Assembly: GCA_977018835.1 (NCBI GenBank) | Contig: OZ361256.1 | Span: 744,001-808,000 of the forward strand | Length of the DNA stretch: 64,000 bases | Source of the DNA: Minutocellus sp. GHC0000111 | Lineage: Eukaryota | Direction: 5' to 3' | Shown: piece after piece, positions 48,587 to 61,160 of the stretch | Numbering within the stretch: position 1 is the stretch's first letter | Layout: each line of letters begins with the position of its first letter | Program-made: the position numbers and the translations under genes | Notes under the pieces: generated by a model | Databases searched by the model: none | Told to the model about the DNA's origin: nothing | Seen by the model: the letters and a program-made list of their open reading frames with translations, nothing else

Positions 48587-51500
48587 ATGGTTTCCACTCC
48601 GAAGGATAATATCACAACGATCCATGCCCTTTTGGGCCTACCCAATGATGCTTGCTGCTACCCCCTCGAACAAGTCTTCGCCGCCTTCGACGAAGCAAAG
48701 AAAAATCCAAACAAAAATCCCTGGCACATCAAAGAAGTCGAGCGTCTTCTACTCGACGTCAATCCCGATGGTCGTGCCAACGTTCACGACCTCCTCAGCA
48801 GTCAGAGCGCTGCCAAGATTACTACCCGCATCTCCGGAGACAACTTTTATGGGAAGAAGAAAAAGAAGAAGAAAGATCCACCAGACGATGACAAAATAGG
48901 CCCTCGTCGTCGCGCCAGGAAGGCCAAGGCAGATGGCAAGGTGAGGGACATGAAACTCACCGAGGAAGAGAAGGAGCTCCTACGACAGGTGAAGAACGAG
49001 AATGCCGCCGTATCCACCGTCGTCGTCCCGCCGAGCAGCATCGACAAAGTAGCGAAGAAGAAGAAGTCCAGCTCGACGGTAAGTAAAAGGCCTACATTTA
49101 TATCAAACCCACACAGAATGAATTATCGCGATACTCCCACTAACGAAACGTCCCAAACTTCATTGAATTCACACGACCAGATCGTCCCTACCAAAGGGTC
49201 CATCGTCGGCTCGTCGACCATTGTCGTCGGCGAACAGGATATCTCCGCCGCCATCGTCCCAGACCTTGTCAACCGGGGCGATGCCGCTCCGTCAAGCTGT
49301 TTTATGGCGGCCTTCCGTGCACCAAGTGCCGCCGTCAAGCGGGGAGTCGAGCAGCTGCGTAGTGCAGTAACTGCAACCTTTGGCAGGTCGAAAGTCGCCG
49401 ATGCATTTTCGACCGCCGATCGTCGTCTCTCCCTTGCATCCGACAGGAGTCGAGCCACCGTCCGTCAAGGCGACCGCTCCTCCTTCGAAGATCCATGCAT
49501 CGTTACCACTGACGTAAGTACAGCGTACTATAATGTAAAATTCAACCCGACCGATTACATACAAAACAAACTGCCAACCATAGATCTAACCAATACCGAT
49601 TTGTCGTCATACGAAAACATATACAAAACCGAACAAAATAATACATATATCAACGATGCAACGTCCCAGGACTCGAATAAGGGACCACCTTCAGAAACTG
49701 CAAGGCTTACATGTACTGCGAACGAGGTCCTGGATCCGATTTCTGCCTCAGGCGATGTGCATGATATGCCTACTTTTGAGCGGATCGAAAGTTCGCAGAA
49801 ACATGCCACCATGGCAGCTTCAGTGGCTTCATCACACGATGCGAAAAGTTTAGTCCATCCTGCATGTTCTCCCCGGTGTCTAGAGGACGTGGAATTGGAC
49901 TCACTTCCGACAAGTGTTCAACAAGCAAGTGCTCCAGCAACCACATGTACGAGTAGATCTGCCATGAATCAGCCACCACCTCTACATGTAGACCTTAAGC
50001 CAAGGGATCTGTATCTACGTCGCATCCAACGTCACTCTCTACCTATTGGTACCATTCCACCAGCTATGCCGATTGGACTATGCCACTCTCGTCCAAGCCC
50101 AGCTGTTCCTCCTCTCGACAGGCCTCAATTCAACAAGACGGTGCAATTTCTTGTTCAACAACCATCGATCTACAGGCCACTGTATGGATCACCTTCCGAG
50201 CATGACGTCCATTTCATCGGCCACGCTCTGAATGATGTGAACGATCGATATGGACCAATCCCCAACGTCAGCCTCGATCATCGACAGCCGTTATCGACGC
50301 CGAGGTTGGCCCGAGCGATCGAATATGCCAAGCATCTGTCGAGCGAACGTCACCTGAACCTATGCCGAGGCCAGGTCAACGCTGTATCCATGGAGGACGA
50401 CGACCTAACGGAACCACCATCCTTGTCAGTGTCGTCGGCGGATTGGGATACCGGAATCCAAGCAACATAACACCTTGGCGGATGGGTAGAGATACATCGA
50501 GATCCTTTGAGTTGGAAGGACGACATCATCATCCCCGTCGAAACTGACCTTCGACGTAGCACCAGCTCACCGGAAGTAGGAGCGGCCGTAGCACCGACAG
50601 TACCTTCAACCGTGGCGTCGTTTGGAACAAGTAACGACTCAAGAGGCTATTTCAGTGACGGCAGTATCTCGAGCGAGGAATCCACATGCTCGGACTGCCT
50701 ATCAAACGAATCCTATCTCAGCGACTCCAGCGCCGAATGGAAATATGCTGTACGTGACGAGCTCATGAAATGCGAGGACTTCTACCATGGTATCGATCGA
50801 GATCAAGGAGTTTGCAAAACATTCTTGCCCATGGTGTACAGGAGACGTTCGTCCTCGTCATCTTCCTTCTGCGATGGGTATACCACTACCGGCATTGCCA
50901 TCGACACCGACGACTATGAGTCTCTGAGTGAGCATAGCCACCAAATGGCTGCAAATTCTACCATCCTGCACGTACAAGACGACAGTAGCTCAGACAGAGA
51001 TGATGGACCGCCACTACAGTCAACTGGACAACGCCAGGCCAACGTCACAGCTGCAACGGGTGAGTTAGGTACAAATCGCAACGATACATCTAGAAGCTCA
51101 GTACCATCATCTTTATCTCATATATTTAGCAATCTTGCTGCCCTCAACGTCTCTCGTGTCCAAACAGGCAACAGCAATAGCAGCACAACGTCTTCTCATC
51201 GAGACGGTGAGATACCGGCGACTGACGAGCAACGAGCAGCCGACGAGACCGTTGAGAATACTAGGGAGGAAGATGCTTTACTCCTCCGAGCGACCAACCT
51301 CGTCGAGTGGTCCAACAGGGTCGATCAGAGGCTCAACAACCCTGACCTCGACGAGACTAACGAGTTCGTTAGACTCGATGTGGAGCGAATTCGTGAGGGT
51401 ATCGCTCAAGTAGAGCAGGACGCTGGAACCCTGCTCGACCCAAATCGAGTCCGAACGAGACTACGACCAGCTCAAGATTTTATCGTGCGCATGGATAACG

Positions 51501-54500
51501 CCCACGCCAATCACACCAGTACGACAAGATCATCAGGAAATGGTGGAGGTGACGATGAATCGTCCAACAGCAGTAGCAACGAAAGCGATCAATCATCGGA
51601 CGACAACAGCGATGCCAGTAGCAGTCAATCGTCCGACGAAGATGGTGATGATGGAGATACTACACCCATCGTCAATATCTCCAGCTCTAGTTCCAAGAGG
51701 AGGACCAAGCAGAGTAAAATGAATTATGAATCATCACATTTGTTAAGTGCCCTGTTCAAGAGCTGCCGAAATGTACAGGTACCGGTCCTCCAGTACGTAC
51801 AGACCAGCCCCGGCAAGATGAGATACCAATACCAACAGTGGGTAAAGAGACTCCATCTTTGTTTTCTCGTTGGCGACAGCACAGCCCATATTCTGAAAGA
51901 TTACCCGAAGATTCATACTATTGATGATATATCTGATCGCGCAGCTTACCAAATTATCTATTTCAAACTCGATTCTTACCTTCAATCTCTCGCCGAGGAC
52001 TACAGTACCGCAAGCGACCTCCTCAGCTACATGGGGAAGAGGTTCGACAACCTCCACCCTCAGCAGCGGGAGAAGACCATCCAACGGTACAGGGCGTTCA
52101 GACAACGACCAGGTGAGAAGATAACAATAATGATACAGCGTTTTAGACGATTATATAGGGAGGCGAAGCAAGTTGATACTTGTTTTTATGAATCTGAAGT
52201 TCAACAATTTGACCGCTTTCTCAATGCTACCGCCTCCAACCCTATACATATACAGCATCACATAGATCATTTTCAACTCGAACGGGAACGAGAAGTCCGA
52301 CTCGGCGTTTCCGAGGACAAGTGCACTACATTACTGCAGTTTGAGGATCATAAGATCATCAAGGAAGATAAAGACGGACCCGACCGTTCCGCTGAGCAGC
52401 GCCGCCGTCCAAATAATGCAAGCCGTTTCAACCGACAGCGTCGCCCCTGGAGACCACGCGGCCAGGCCATGGCAGCCCAAGGTGGTCCTCCTTACAATCG
52501 TCCCCGACAGCAGCCAGCGCAGCAGCAACCAAACGGAGACAATCGCAATGCTCGACCGAACAATTCAGCCCAACGTCCGCCAGTACGTCAGCAAAATTTC
52601 CGACACCAACAACGCCAACCTCCGCAGCGACGGCAGCAGGGAAACAATCAGGTAAGAGCCATACGTTGTTATGTCTGCAATGGCCCTCATTACGCACGAG
52701 ATTGTCCTAACAACCGCGGTGCTTGCCGATTCTGTGGCCGCATTCATCCGCAGAACACGCCCTGCAATAATGCTGGAAGAAGAGGTGGCCCCGGGCGTGG
52801 AGGTCCAAGACAGCAAGGCCGTGGTCAAGGCAATCAAGCTCGAGGGGGAAGAGGACGCCCTCGCCAAGCCAACGCTGTAGCCGCTCAGCAACGAGAGAAT
52901 CAGGCCATGATCTTCTCTGCAGAGATGGAACGGGACATCAATGAAGTCCTGCAAGAACCAACTACAGCTGAGCCCGTCGAAGGATCTCCGGGTCCTCTCT
53001 CCTTGCTGGCTGATTCATGCATCGATCCCAAACGAGAAGACTCTGTTACATCTATGGATGTGGATGAACAGATCGACGATGACCAACCAGGCTCAGTACC
53101 GGTAGATTCGCAATCTGAGTCTTCCTTTACTAGCGAGGATTCAGCTATACCAGCAGACCCATCTTTTACCTCCCAAGTCCGTCCAAGGAACATCTTTGTT
53201 GTAGGCGACACCGTCAGAGTAGACTACGAACCTCACGCCCACTTTGGCAAAGTAGGCACGATCGTTCGAGGACTGGAAGGAGTTACCCAAACTCATCTAG
53301 TCTATTTTCCACCATCTGAAGTCGAAATAGAGGCTACTGAGCAGATCGAGGTCTTTCTTCTGGTCAAGATTGACCCAGTCACTCATCTTCCAACCGACCC
53401 TGAGGTACCTATCGGCAAGAATGGATCTAGAGTCTACAACATACCATCGACCTACGATGTATTGCAACCTGGCGACGAAATCGTGACGTTCAAGGGCTAC
53501 AGAGGTCTGGTAGCAAGCGACCTTCTCGTCACCGTTGGCGATAAAAGCCGCATCGGTCATTATTTTGTGATCCTGCGAAAATTGAACAAATACACAAGAT
53601 CACACCTCTGGGCGGTACCAGCCGAGTGCCTCCAACGATATCATCCGGGACAGATCGGATGGGAATTTCGTCTTTCCAACAGCACCGATGCACCAAACCA
53701 TCCCAACGATTATGTGGACCTACAACGACACTCATCTACGATGATACTAGAGTCAGGCTTTGCTCCTTGCAGCACATGCAGAGGCCAACGTCTGATCGAC
53801 GGCCACGCAAACTGCCTCCTGTGCTCATCCATTTTGGGTTTGCAGCTACACCATCAAGATATTCCGGACAACAACCACGGTATTAGTCGGAAGAGGAGAA
53901 TCCAAGCAAATCCACAAGCAAGCGAATCCCTTTTGCCACCGAACCGAGGCGAATCCGCCTACAGAGAGTACTCAATCAGGAATCTTGGCCCGTTTGACGA
54001 GGTAATCATCCGCCCAGTCTCCAAGATGCCAGCTGCATCAAACTTCTTGCGATCCCTCAAAGGCTGGATAAAAGGGCGCGACACCCGATACGACGGAGAA
54101 TGCTTTGAAGTCGTCTTCAACTGTTTTGGTATACTGTATTTGCGAACCTTCAACGTGAAGGATCTGCTCCCAACCGGACGAAAGCTGACGAGCGCAGACA
54201 TCATCTATCCACTACCTTCACGGCAACTGCCAAACGTTACATCGATACAACTAAATGACGCAAGGTTCCTTCATGACCTGATTCCGGGACAGTTTGCCAA
54301 AGTATCTGCCCCCTTTGGCCAGTTCAAACCATATCTGAACGCCAAAGTTCGAATAGTGATACCCTCAACTCGTGCTCGAGCGAACACAATCAGTGGAATT
54401 GATGACTCCGTTCTAGTCGAGATCTGCCCTCATTCAGATCAACCATGGGGTTTCGATCTGGAAGCTCTTCGATATAATTCAAGGAAATTCAGCGCTGATA

Positions 54501-55123
54501 ATAGCAATCAAAGTGGTGAGCAGGACCGAGTCTCGATTGCAAATAGCGTCCAGCTGTATAATGAACAGGCCGAACGATTCCCAAGGCTCGTCCGTCTGCC
54601 CCCTTCGATCCTCGACTCCATCGCACCGGAAAGAACAACTCACAACGAACACGAGGCAGCGACGGAGGGATCAATGCTGTATCAAATGCGCAGACGTCCC
54701 ACCACAATCCATGCAATGGATCAGAGGGTGATGGTCACACCCATCTCAGGTTTTGCACCCATCGAGATTGATTCTGATTACGACACTGATGAACCCTCAG
54801 AGCCCGCCAGATTCAACACCACTACCGCTACAATAGGACGCGGTGGTACCTACTGGCCAACGGACTCCGAATTCTCAGGTCTGACAGGGACAGTAGTATC
54901 TGGTCTCCTCCTCACCAAGTACGACAGCAGAACAAATCCACCGGGCCGACAAGCTGTCCTACTCGATGACGAAAGTTTCCTGAAGCTTCAACCTCACACG
55001 AGACTGCAAGACATGCTATCAGATACGTTGAGCCCATTCTGTTGCAGCAAAATATACTATTTTTATTACTGTGGATTTAACGCCGATCGACAAAGAAGGT
55101 ACCTCCATCGCCGAAGTGGATAG
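48587..55123 (+). pseudogene. Extended gag region: long N-terminal extension, capsid-like region, zinc knuckles, KOW/SH3-like modules; in-frame TAA at 50468-50470
   Basis: ORFs 48587-50470 and 50507-55123 share one frame, separated by a single TAA. Gag-like FRQRPGEKITIMIQRF and a CCHC knuckle are present. Confidence 0.75.
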
Positions 55124-57889
55124 CGATGGCATCGCCGACTACTACCGAGGTAACGAAAGCAACCACGGTGGCAACAACCATCAACGGCAGAACGACGACC
55201 ATTCTGGCCGTGACGGTGACTCACCAAGTGATGGTAATGGCGATCAGCAAGGAGACAATTCACCCAACGCATCTTCTGGCAACAACAACAATAGCGACGA
55301 CGACGACGATGACGGACGAAAGCGTCGTCGCCTAAACGATGGTCAATCATCCAATCCCAGCGATGAAGACGACAGTGACGATGAGGACGATGACGAGGAC
55401 CAGAACGACGACAACGATGCCGAGGTCAGGGAAGTTATTGGCGCGGATGGTACTCCAGAGCAACCCCCTGATAGCCCGTCACATCCCGCCACCGGCATCC
55501 TCAAACCCTCAACGTTTGGAACTCCCACGATTCATCCTCCTCAACGTCAGAGCCCTTGGCCATTGGACCAATATGTGAACTCCATTAGGGATTCCCCAAA
55601 GATGCGACCATCAACGAACCACGACGAGGAAGAAACGTGGTCCAACAGTGATTACTCCCCACCAATCCGATATGGAACGCCGCTACAGCCAGTCGACCTC
55701 CGAGACATAGCCGCAGCAACAGGAGTCGCAAGAGCAGCATCCCATCTCAACAGAATGGCAGACGAAGTAGCTTCGGCAGCTATGGCTCCCGCAACAACTC
55801 CAAGCCGCCGAGCCGAAGGAGCAGCAACCTCAGCGACATTTCCGACAAAAAGCCCCATGCAAAGGACGCCAGTGATAGCGATGACGATGGCGATAATAAC
55901 AACGACTCACCTTCAGCCGAAGTGGAAGCAGCGAATTCAGTTGAATCCCCTCCAACAAGGCCAAACAATCCCTCGCCAAATCCTTGGAATCATCCAAGCC
56001 CTACCAACACCGAACAAATCGGAATGGGTGCCCACGCCGCAATTTTGGGTCCACTCGACGACAACCTGCGCATCGACCTGAGGACAAGCCCTCCGTTCGA
56101 TTTCACACACAGTCTCAGCCACTACGAGCACGAGCGCCTTCTCGACGATGCATCCGATATTTGGACCTGGTCTCAACGCTTCAACTTTTAAGGTGCAAAT
56201 GAAGCCATCGATGGCCTCCACGAACGAGCGTCTCGTCTTCACGACGGAGGCCACCTCACCCAAGATGAAGCAAAACGGTTCCACGATCACCTTGATATGG
56301 ATGAGATCAGAGATATCGTCGAGATGGTAGACAACGACGATGTCTTCAATGACCTCATACAGCAAATCATTGAAGACAATCCCAACGAGCTCGATGAAGC
56401 ATTTGACCAAGAACAAGATGTCCTCACGAGGCTCATCATGCGCCAGGATAATCAAGCAGAAAGCGAAACTGCCGCCACCCACGTGGAAGCACAAGCAAGA
56501 ACGTGAACAACAGCAACAATCTGAAGATGGCGACAACAGCGATATCAACGATACCGGCGAACCCAACTTGGATAACGCCAATCATGACGAAGATGATCGG
56601 GCAAATAATGCACAACAAGCCAACCAGGACCCTCTGGCTATTTCGATTCAAGCAGCGCGTCTTGCCATTGCCGAGATCTTGGCGAACCCGCCAGATCTTG
56701 GCAATCCCAACCACACCGTCTTAGGATTACCCAACCGAGTCGATGGCATCCCAATTATTGCCCCACAATTCCATAGTCAGCACAGCGTCAACCGTGCCAT
56801 TCGATCAGTGGCACCAAACGTCGGATCGACTACAGCTACCGTCAATCCACGTGCCCAATTTGATGGTCCAGATGCAGCAGGCGGGAACCCCTTTGCATAT
56901 GTATTCCCAGTAGGAGGAACGGTTCAAGTTGTTGGAGATCTATGGAGACAAAATCCTGCCCTCCGCGAGACCAATGCCCATCGAGGAGGACTCAACAATC
57001 TGGCAGGTCGAGTGTTACGTTCGCGACATGTGGACGGCCAGCACATCTACGAAGTATCATTTCCATGCCTAGCAACACCGATACCTCTCAACGCACAAGA
57101 CCTCCGACCTATCAATTCCTACACATATTTCCGTCTTGCTACTGGTCAAGGTCAACCATCCGAAGACCACATCGAAAACAATGACGACTACTACGTACAA
57201 TCACCGCTTCTCCAGCGTACAGACCCTGCAGGTCTGCACACCATCCGCGCTGGTGCAACGGTACGGTTCACGAACTTCCAATACACCAACAATCTGTACC
57301 TACTCAATGGTCAGCTCGCCCAAGTAGTCTACTACAACGCTCAGATGAGGGTGTACTGTGTACGCCCATACTTTGCACCACTTCTACTGGTATATGTGCA
57401 CCCGCACAATATCGTCATGCCGCTGTACATGCTACCACCAGCTCTATTCAACAGACCCAGTGGTCACCAAGGAATAATTCTACCACGTATCGACCCCCAA
57501 GACATTCCCAATCCAACCCAATTTCGATGCGCAGCAGCCAATGAGCTCTCAATTACCCCAATCTGCAACATAGCCGGTTGCTACCGCCCTGCAGCCGTGA
57601 ACAACTTGTGCCAAATCCATGCCGCAAACAACAACTTTGACGGCAACAATTACGATGAAGAACGCATCCTCTACTTGTTCCATCATAGTCCAAGACAGAA
57701 TCAACAAAGCAATCAGGATCACAACTCTCAACAAAATACAGAAGATCAAGAGAGTCAGCAAGATCAAAATAATAATAATAACAACGCTTCCGAGTACATG
57801 GCAGCGTACCATACCGTAGCTCACCATACAAGTAGAAGGAACAAAAGGAGGCGACCTGTAGCGCGACCAAGTAGGTATCAGCCCCACGA

Positions 57890-59784
57890 TTTGCGAGGCT
57901 GGCTACCAGACTCAGGCGCAACTGACCACTTTACCAACAAAGTGGATGATTTATACGATGTCACTCCATGCCGGCGCACCGTAAGAGTAGCAGACGGTAC
58001 TATAGTGTACTCCGAAGCCTTTGGAAAATGAGACGATGTAACGGGCACACCCCTCAGGTACACGATGAACGTCTACTACGTACCTGGACTAACCCAACGA
58101 CTGTTCTCATTCCGAGAATTCCTTAGGCATCCAAAGCACCAAATACATCAGACAGCTAGATTTGTACAGCTAGACTTTGGAAATGGGTACTACTACACAA
58201 CACCATCGTTGATGGCTTCCAACGTAACAAATTCAGCTAGTACAGTTCTATCCCTGTCTCAGGTGAATGCTACAGTCACAGAGCAGCACAATGAAACCCC
58301 AACTAATAGCGCATCAACCCCACCGCGCAGGCCCCTCCCCAGAATACCAATGGAACTCGCACACGCAAGGTTTGGCCACAGAGCACACCGATCTCTGCTC
58401 TGCGGTTCACTCCACGGAGTATGGGAGGACTATCTCATTGTGCCGACTTCCGACGATTACTGCGAAGGATGCCGCATAGCAGCTTCCCGTTCGGCACCTC
58501 GAGGACACAGAGGCCCTCCCGACGCAACGCAACCCTTCGAACGGATTTATATCGATATCATTCCAGCACCAGCAGGAGCAGAGGGCTTGACGACAGACTC
58601 AACGCATCCATGCTACCTACTCATCGTTGAAAAATTATTCAAGACTTCCCTGGTTCGAAGGTATGTACAATTTTACTTCTTCAGAAGTCATTCGTTGCAT
58701 CAAACAATATCTGATTGAAACTCGATCACTAGGCCGAACAAAAGAAATACAATATTTGCGAGGCGACGCTGATTCATCCTTCCGATCCGAAGAATTTCTC
58801 ACTTTCGCCGAAGATTCTAACATTACTGCCTCTTTTGCCGCTCCACATCGTCAGGAAATGAATAGTGTATGTGAGATAACTTGGAGAACAATAGATATAA
58901 TGGCAAGAACAATGCGAATTCATGCACGTTTAGGCAACAATTTCTTTGGCCATTCATGCAGATACGCATCATACATACTTAACCGACTATGCCCAAAAGG
59001 ACTCCTCGACGACAGCAACAATCCTACAACTCCGTTCTTCAAAGCTTTTGGACGAAAACCACGCATTGGCAATCTCAAAGTATTCGGTTGCCCTGTAAGT
59101 TTCCGTCGTCACTCTCCATCTAACAAAGGCCAGCGTGTACCAAAGAAACAACAAACACAGCGATCATCAGTACGTGGCATATTCATCGGCATGCCCAATA
59201 AGCAAGCCGGATATCTCATATACCTCGAGGACAGAATCGGAACTGCACACATATTGGTATCGCAAGACGTCACATTTGATGAACAGTTCAAGTCCGCCCT
59301 CGCCACCACCCACCGCCCATTTCAAGGAGCGCAATTCATCCGACCAGTCGGGACAAATACAATGCACTCACTTCTTCAAGAAGACTACGAAGGTGATCCC
59401 CTCGCGACAGGATCTGTTGACGACATGCTGCACCCTATTGAAACTAGCGCGAGGGGGGAGAACACCACCAACGACCCTGTCGACGCGACGACACCAGTAA
59501 CCCAAGACAATCAATCAACTGCGGAAGAAATTGCTGAAGACGATGAGGAACCGACGTACTACTACGACGAAATCCTGTCTCACACCGAAGTAGAGAACGG
59601 TCACCACAAATTCCAAGTCCTGTGGAACAACGGAGAAACAACGTGGGAACCTGCCAAATATTTGAGAGAGGACTCCCCCGATGAATTCGCAACATACTTG
59701 CGCAACTCAGGACTCTCCGACCTCGAGCAATATGCCTGGGCCGAAGATCACGAAGACGCATCTTCCCAACAAGATGGTCACTAG
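57890..59784 (+). pseudogene. Copia protease, integrase and chromo-like domain
   Basis: DSGA protease site, HHCC and DDE integrase motifs, LKVFGCP...RGIFIG...SQDVTFDE. In-frame TGA at 58029 and a frameshift near 58630. Confidence 0.9.
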
Positions 59785-59810
59785 TTTTAGTCTATATTAG
59801 TGCCACCTCC

Positions 59811-61124
59811 TTAGAGATGGGCGGCCGGCCTCTGAACTCCTGCATTAGATCTAGATCCAACACGAGAGCCCCGAGATCCGGAAGAATTCAAATTCGCTGG
59901 TATTAATGACCAAGGTTGTGAGTTATTAGTATGGCTATCTCTAGTGGCATTCCTCGAAGCACTCAAGCTAGAGGCTGACACAGAGTTGTGAGAGCGAGAA
60001 TTGGATCCAAAAATGTGTTTCGGCGGTTTTGAACCAGTGACGCCATCAGCCGTATGGCGTCTCATCCCTGCTAGGAGATGGGAGGTGATTGCTCTGGACA
60101 TAGAGGCGCTAAGAAAGCCTCGTGCCCAACCTGTGGGTGTAGCATCGTGGCTACAGGTGCCAAACCACTTGTGGTCATGCCTGATAGCCCAGGCTTTGGA
60201 GGCCCGAGGTAGCAAGGCTGACGGGCTCTCACTCGACCAAGCTAGATTGAACATTGTCGTCGTAGCTTCGTTAGATCGTTCGGTGAGTGGATGTGATGCT
60301 CCGTCTGGGAGTTCGTCTCCATGTAACAGACGTCGGGCCATTGGACCGAGATCCCCCCACGGTCCCACGGTGAACGGCATGAGGACGGTGTCATTGTCCA
60401 GCAAGCCTTTGATGACCGACGGTCCATCATCCTGTCGCTTGGATCGTCCACGCCATTTGCCGATCTCCTTTCCCATGTGCTGCCGAATGTTTGTTGTGGT
60501 CTGTGTTGTTGCATCCTGGCAGCACGAGGGAGAGCCTGTGATCGTTACATCGATGCCGGCGTAAGTAAAACGGCATGGGCGATATTGATTGGAATGGTGA
60601 TGGTGGAGACGAATGCACACGTCTGCCGGTCGTCGAGTTGGATGGCTCTTGCTGAGGCCCAGCGGTTCATGTAGAATGTCGTGAGAGGAGTAGACAAATC
60701 CCGAGAGGACTGCCAGCTCCTGCAGAACATGATACAGGGCGTCGCGGATGTTGTTATGCAGCCTGAGCTTCGAGTGATAGACACACTCGAAGTAATGGTC
60801 ACCGAAGATATCGATGAGTTGCTTGCAACGGCAGACTGAGCGACGGCTGAGATGCGACACCGGCAATCGTAGAACTCGTCGGAGGATGGTCGTGTAGTGC
60901 TGACTGGAATGACGGCACGTGATGTTACGTCGGCCACTGTGGAGGACACACTTCGGTAGGTCAGATGAGAGGATGGATGGGATGGCTTTCGCTATGTCGG
61001 CCTGATGGTGAGCCGGATCGAAGGTGGACGCTGATGTAGTGGCTTGGCAGATGTCCGTCGGCCATTCTTCGGGTCCACTCTCGTCAGAACCATCATTTTC
61101 ATCGAAGGGGACGAACTCCAACAT
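59811..61124 (-). CDS. Stand-alone CCHC zinc finger plus restriction-like endonuclease (RLE, non-LTR CRE/R2-type), 437 aa, no RT
   Basis: LRRVLRLP, CRC-x4-DIFGDHYFEC, RLHNNIRD, HEP, RRPADV, GIDVTI, KEIGKW and PFTVGPWGDLGP occur in the canonical order. Uninterrupted ORF from ATG 61124, inside a 1402-bp segment bounded by CACGAAGACG direct repeats. Confidence 0.85.
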   Translation of the reverse strand: MLEFVPFDENDGSDESGPEEWPTDICQATTSASTFDPAHHQADIAKAIPSILSSDLPKCVLHSGRRNITCRHSSQHYTTILRRVLRLPVSHLSRRSVCRCKQLIDIFGDHYFECVYHSKLRLHNNIRDALYHVLQELAVLSGFVYSSHDILHEPLGLSKSHPTRRPADVCIRLHHHHSNQYRPCRFTYAGIDVTITGSPSCCQDATTQTTTNIRQHMGKEIGKWRGRSKRQDDGPSVIKGLLDNDTVLMPFTVGPWGDLGPMARRLLHGDELPDGASHPLTERSNEATTTMFNLAWSSESPSALLPRASKAWAIRHDHKWFGTCSHDATPTGWARGFLSASMSRAITSHLLAGMRRHTADGVTGSKPPKHIFGSNSRSHNSVSASSLSASRNATRDSHTNNSQPWSLIPANLNSSGSRGSRVGSRSNAGVQRPAAHL

Positions 61125-61160
61125 CGTGTTACAGAAACCCGGAGATAGAGGCACAAGAAC

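Noticed and set aside
48588..48605. Primer-binding site TGGTTTCCACTCCG
   Set aside because: Its position after ...TATCA is plausible, but I could not match it to a tRNA 3' end and it does not match the tRNA-Tyr in this window.
59759..61160. RLE insert as a spliceosomal intron of pol
   Set aside because: No strong GT donor in a phase compatible with nearby AG acceptors. The direct-repeat model restores the frame more simply.
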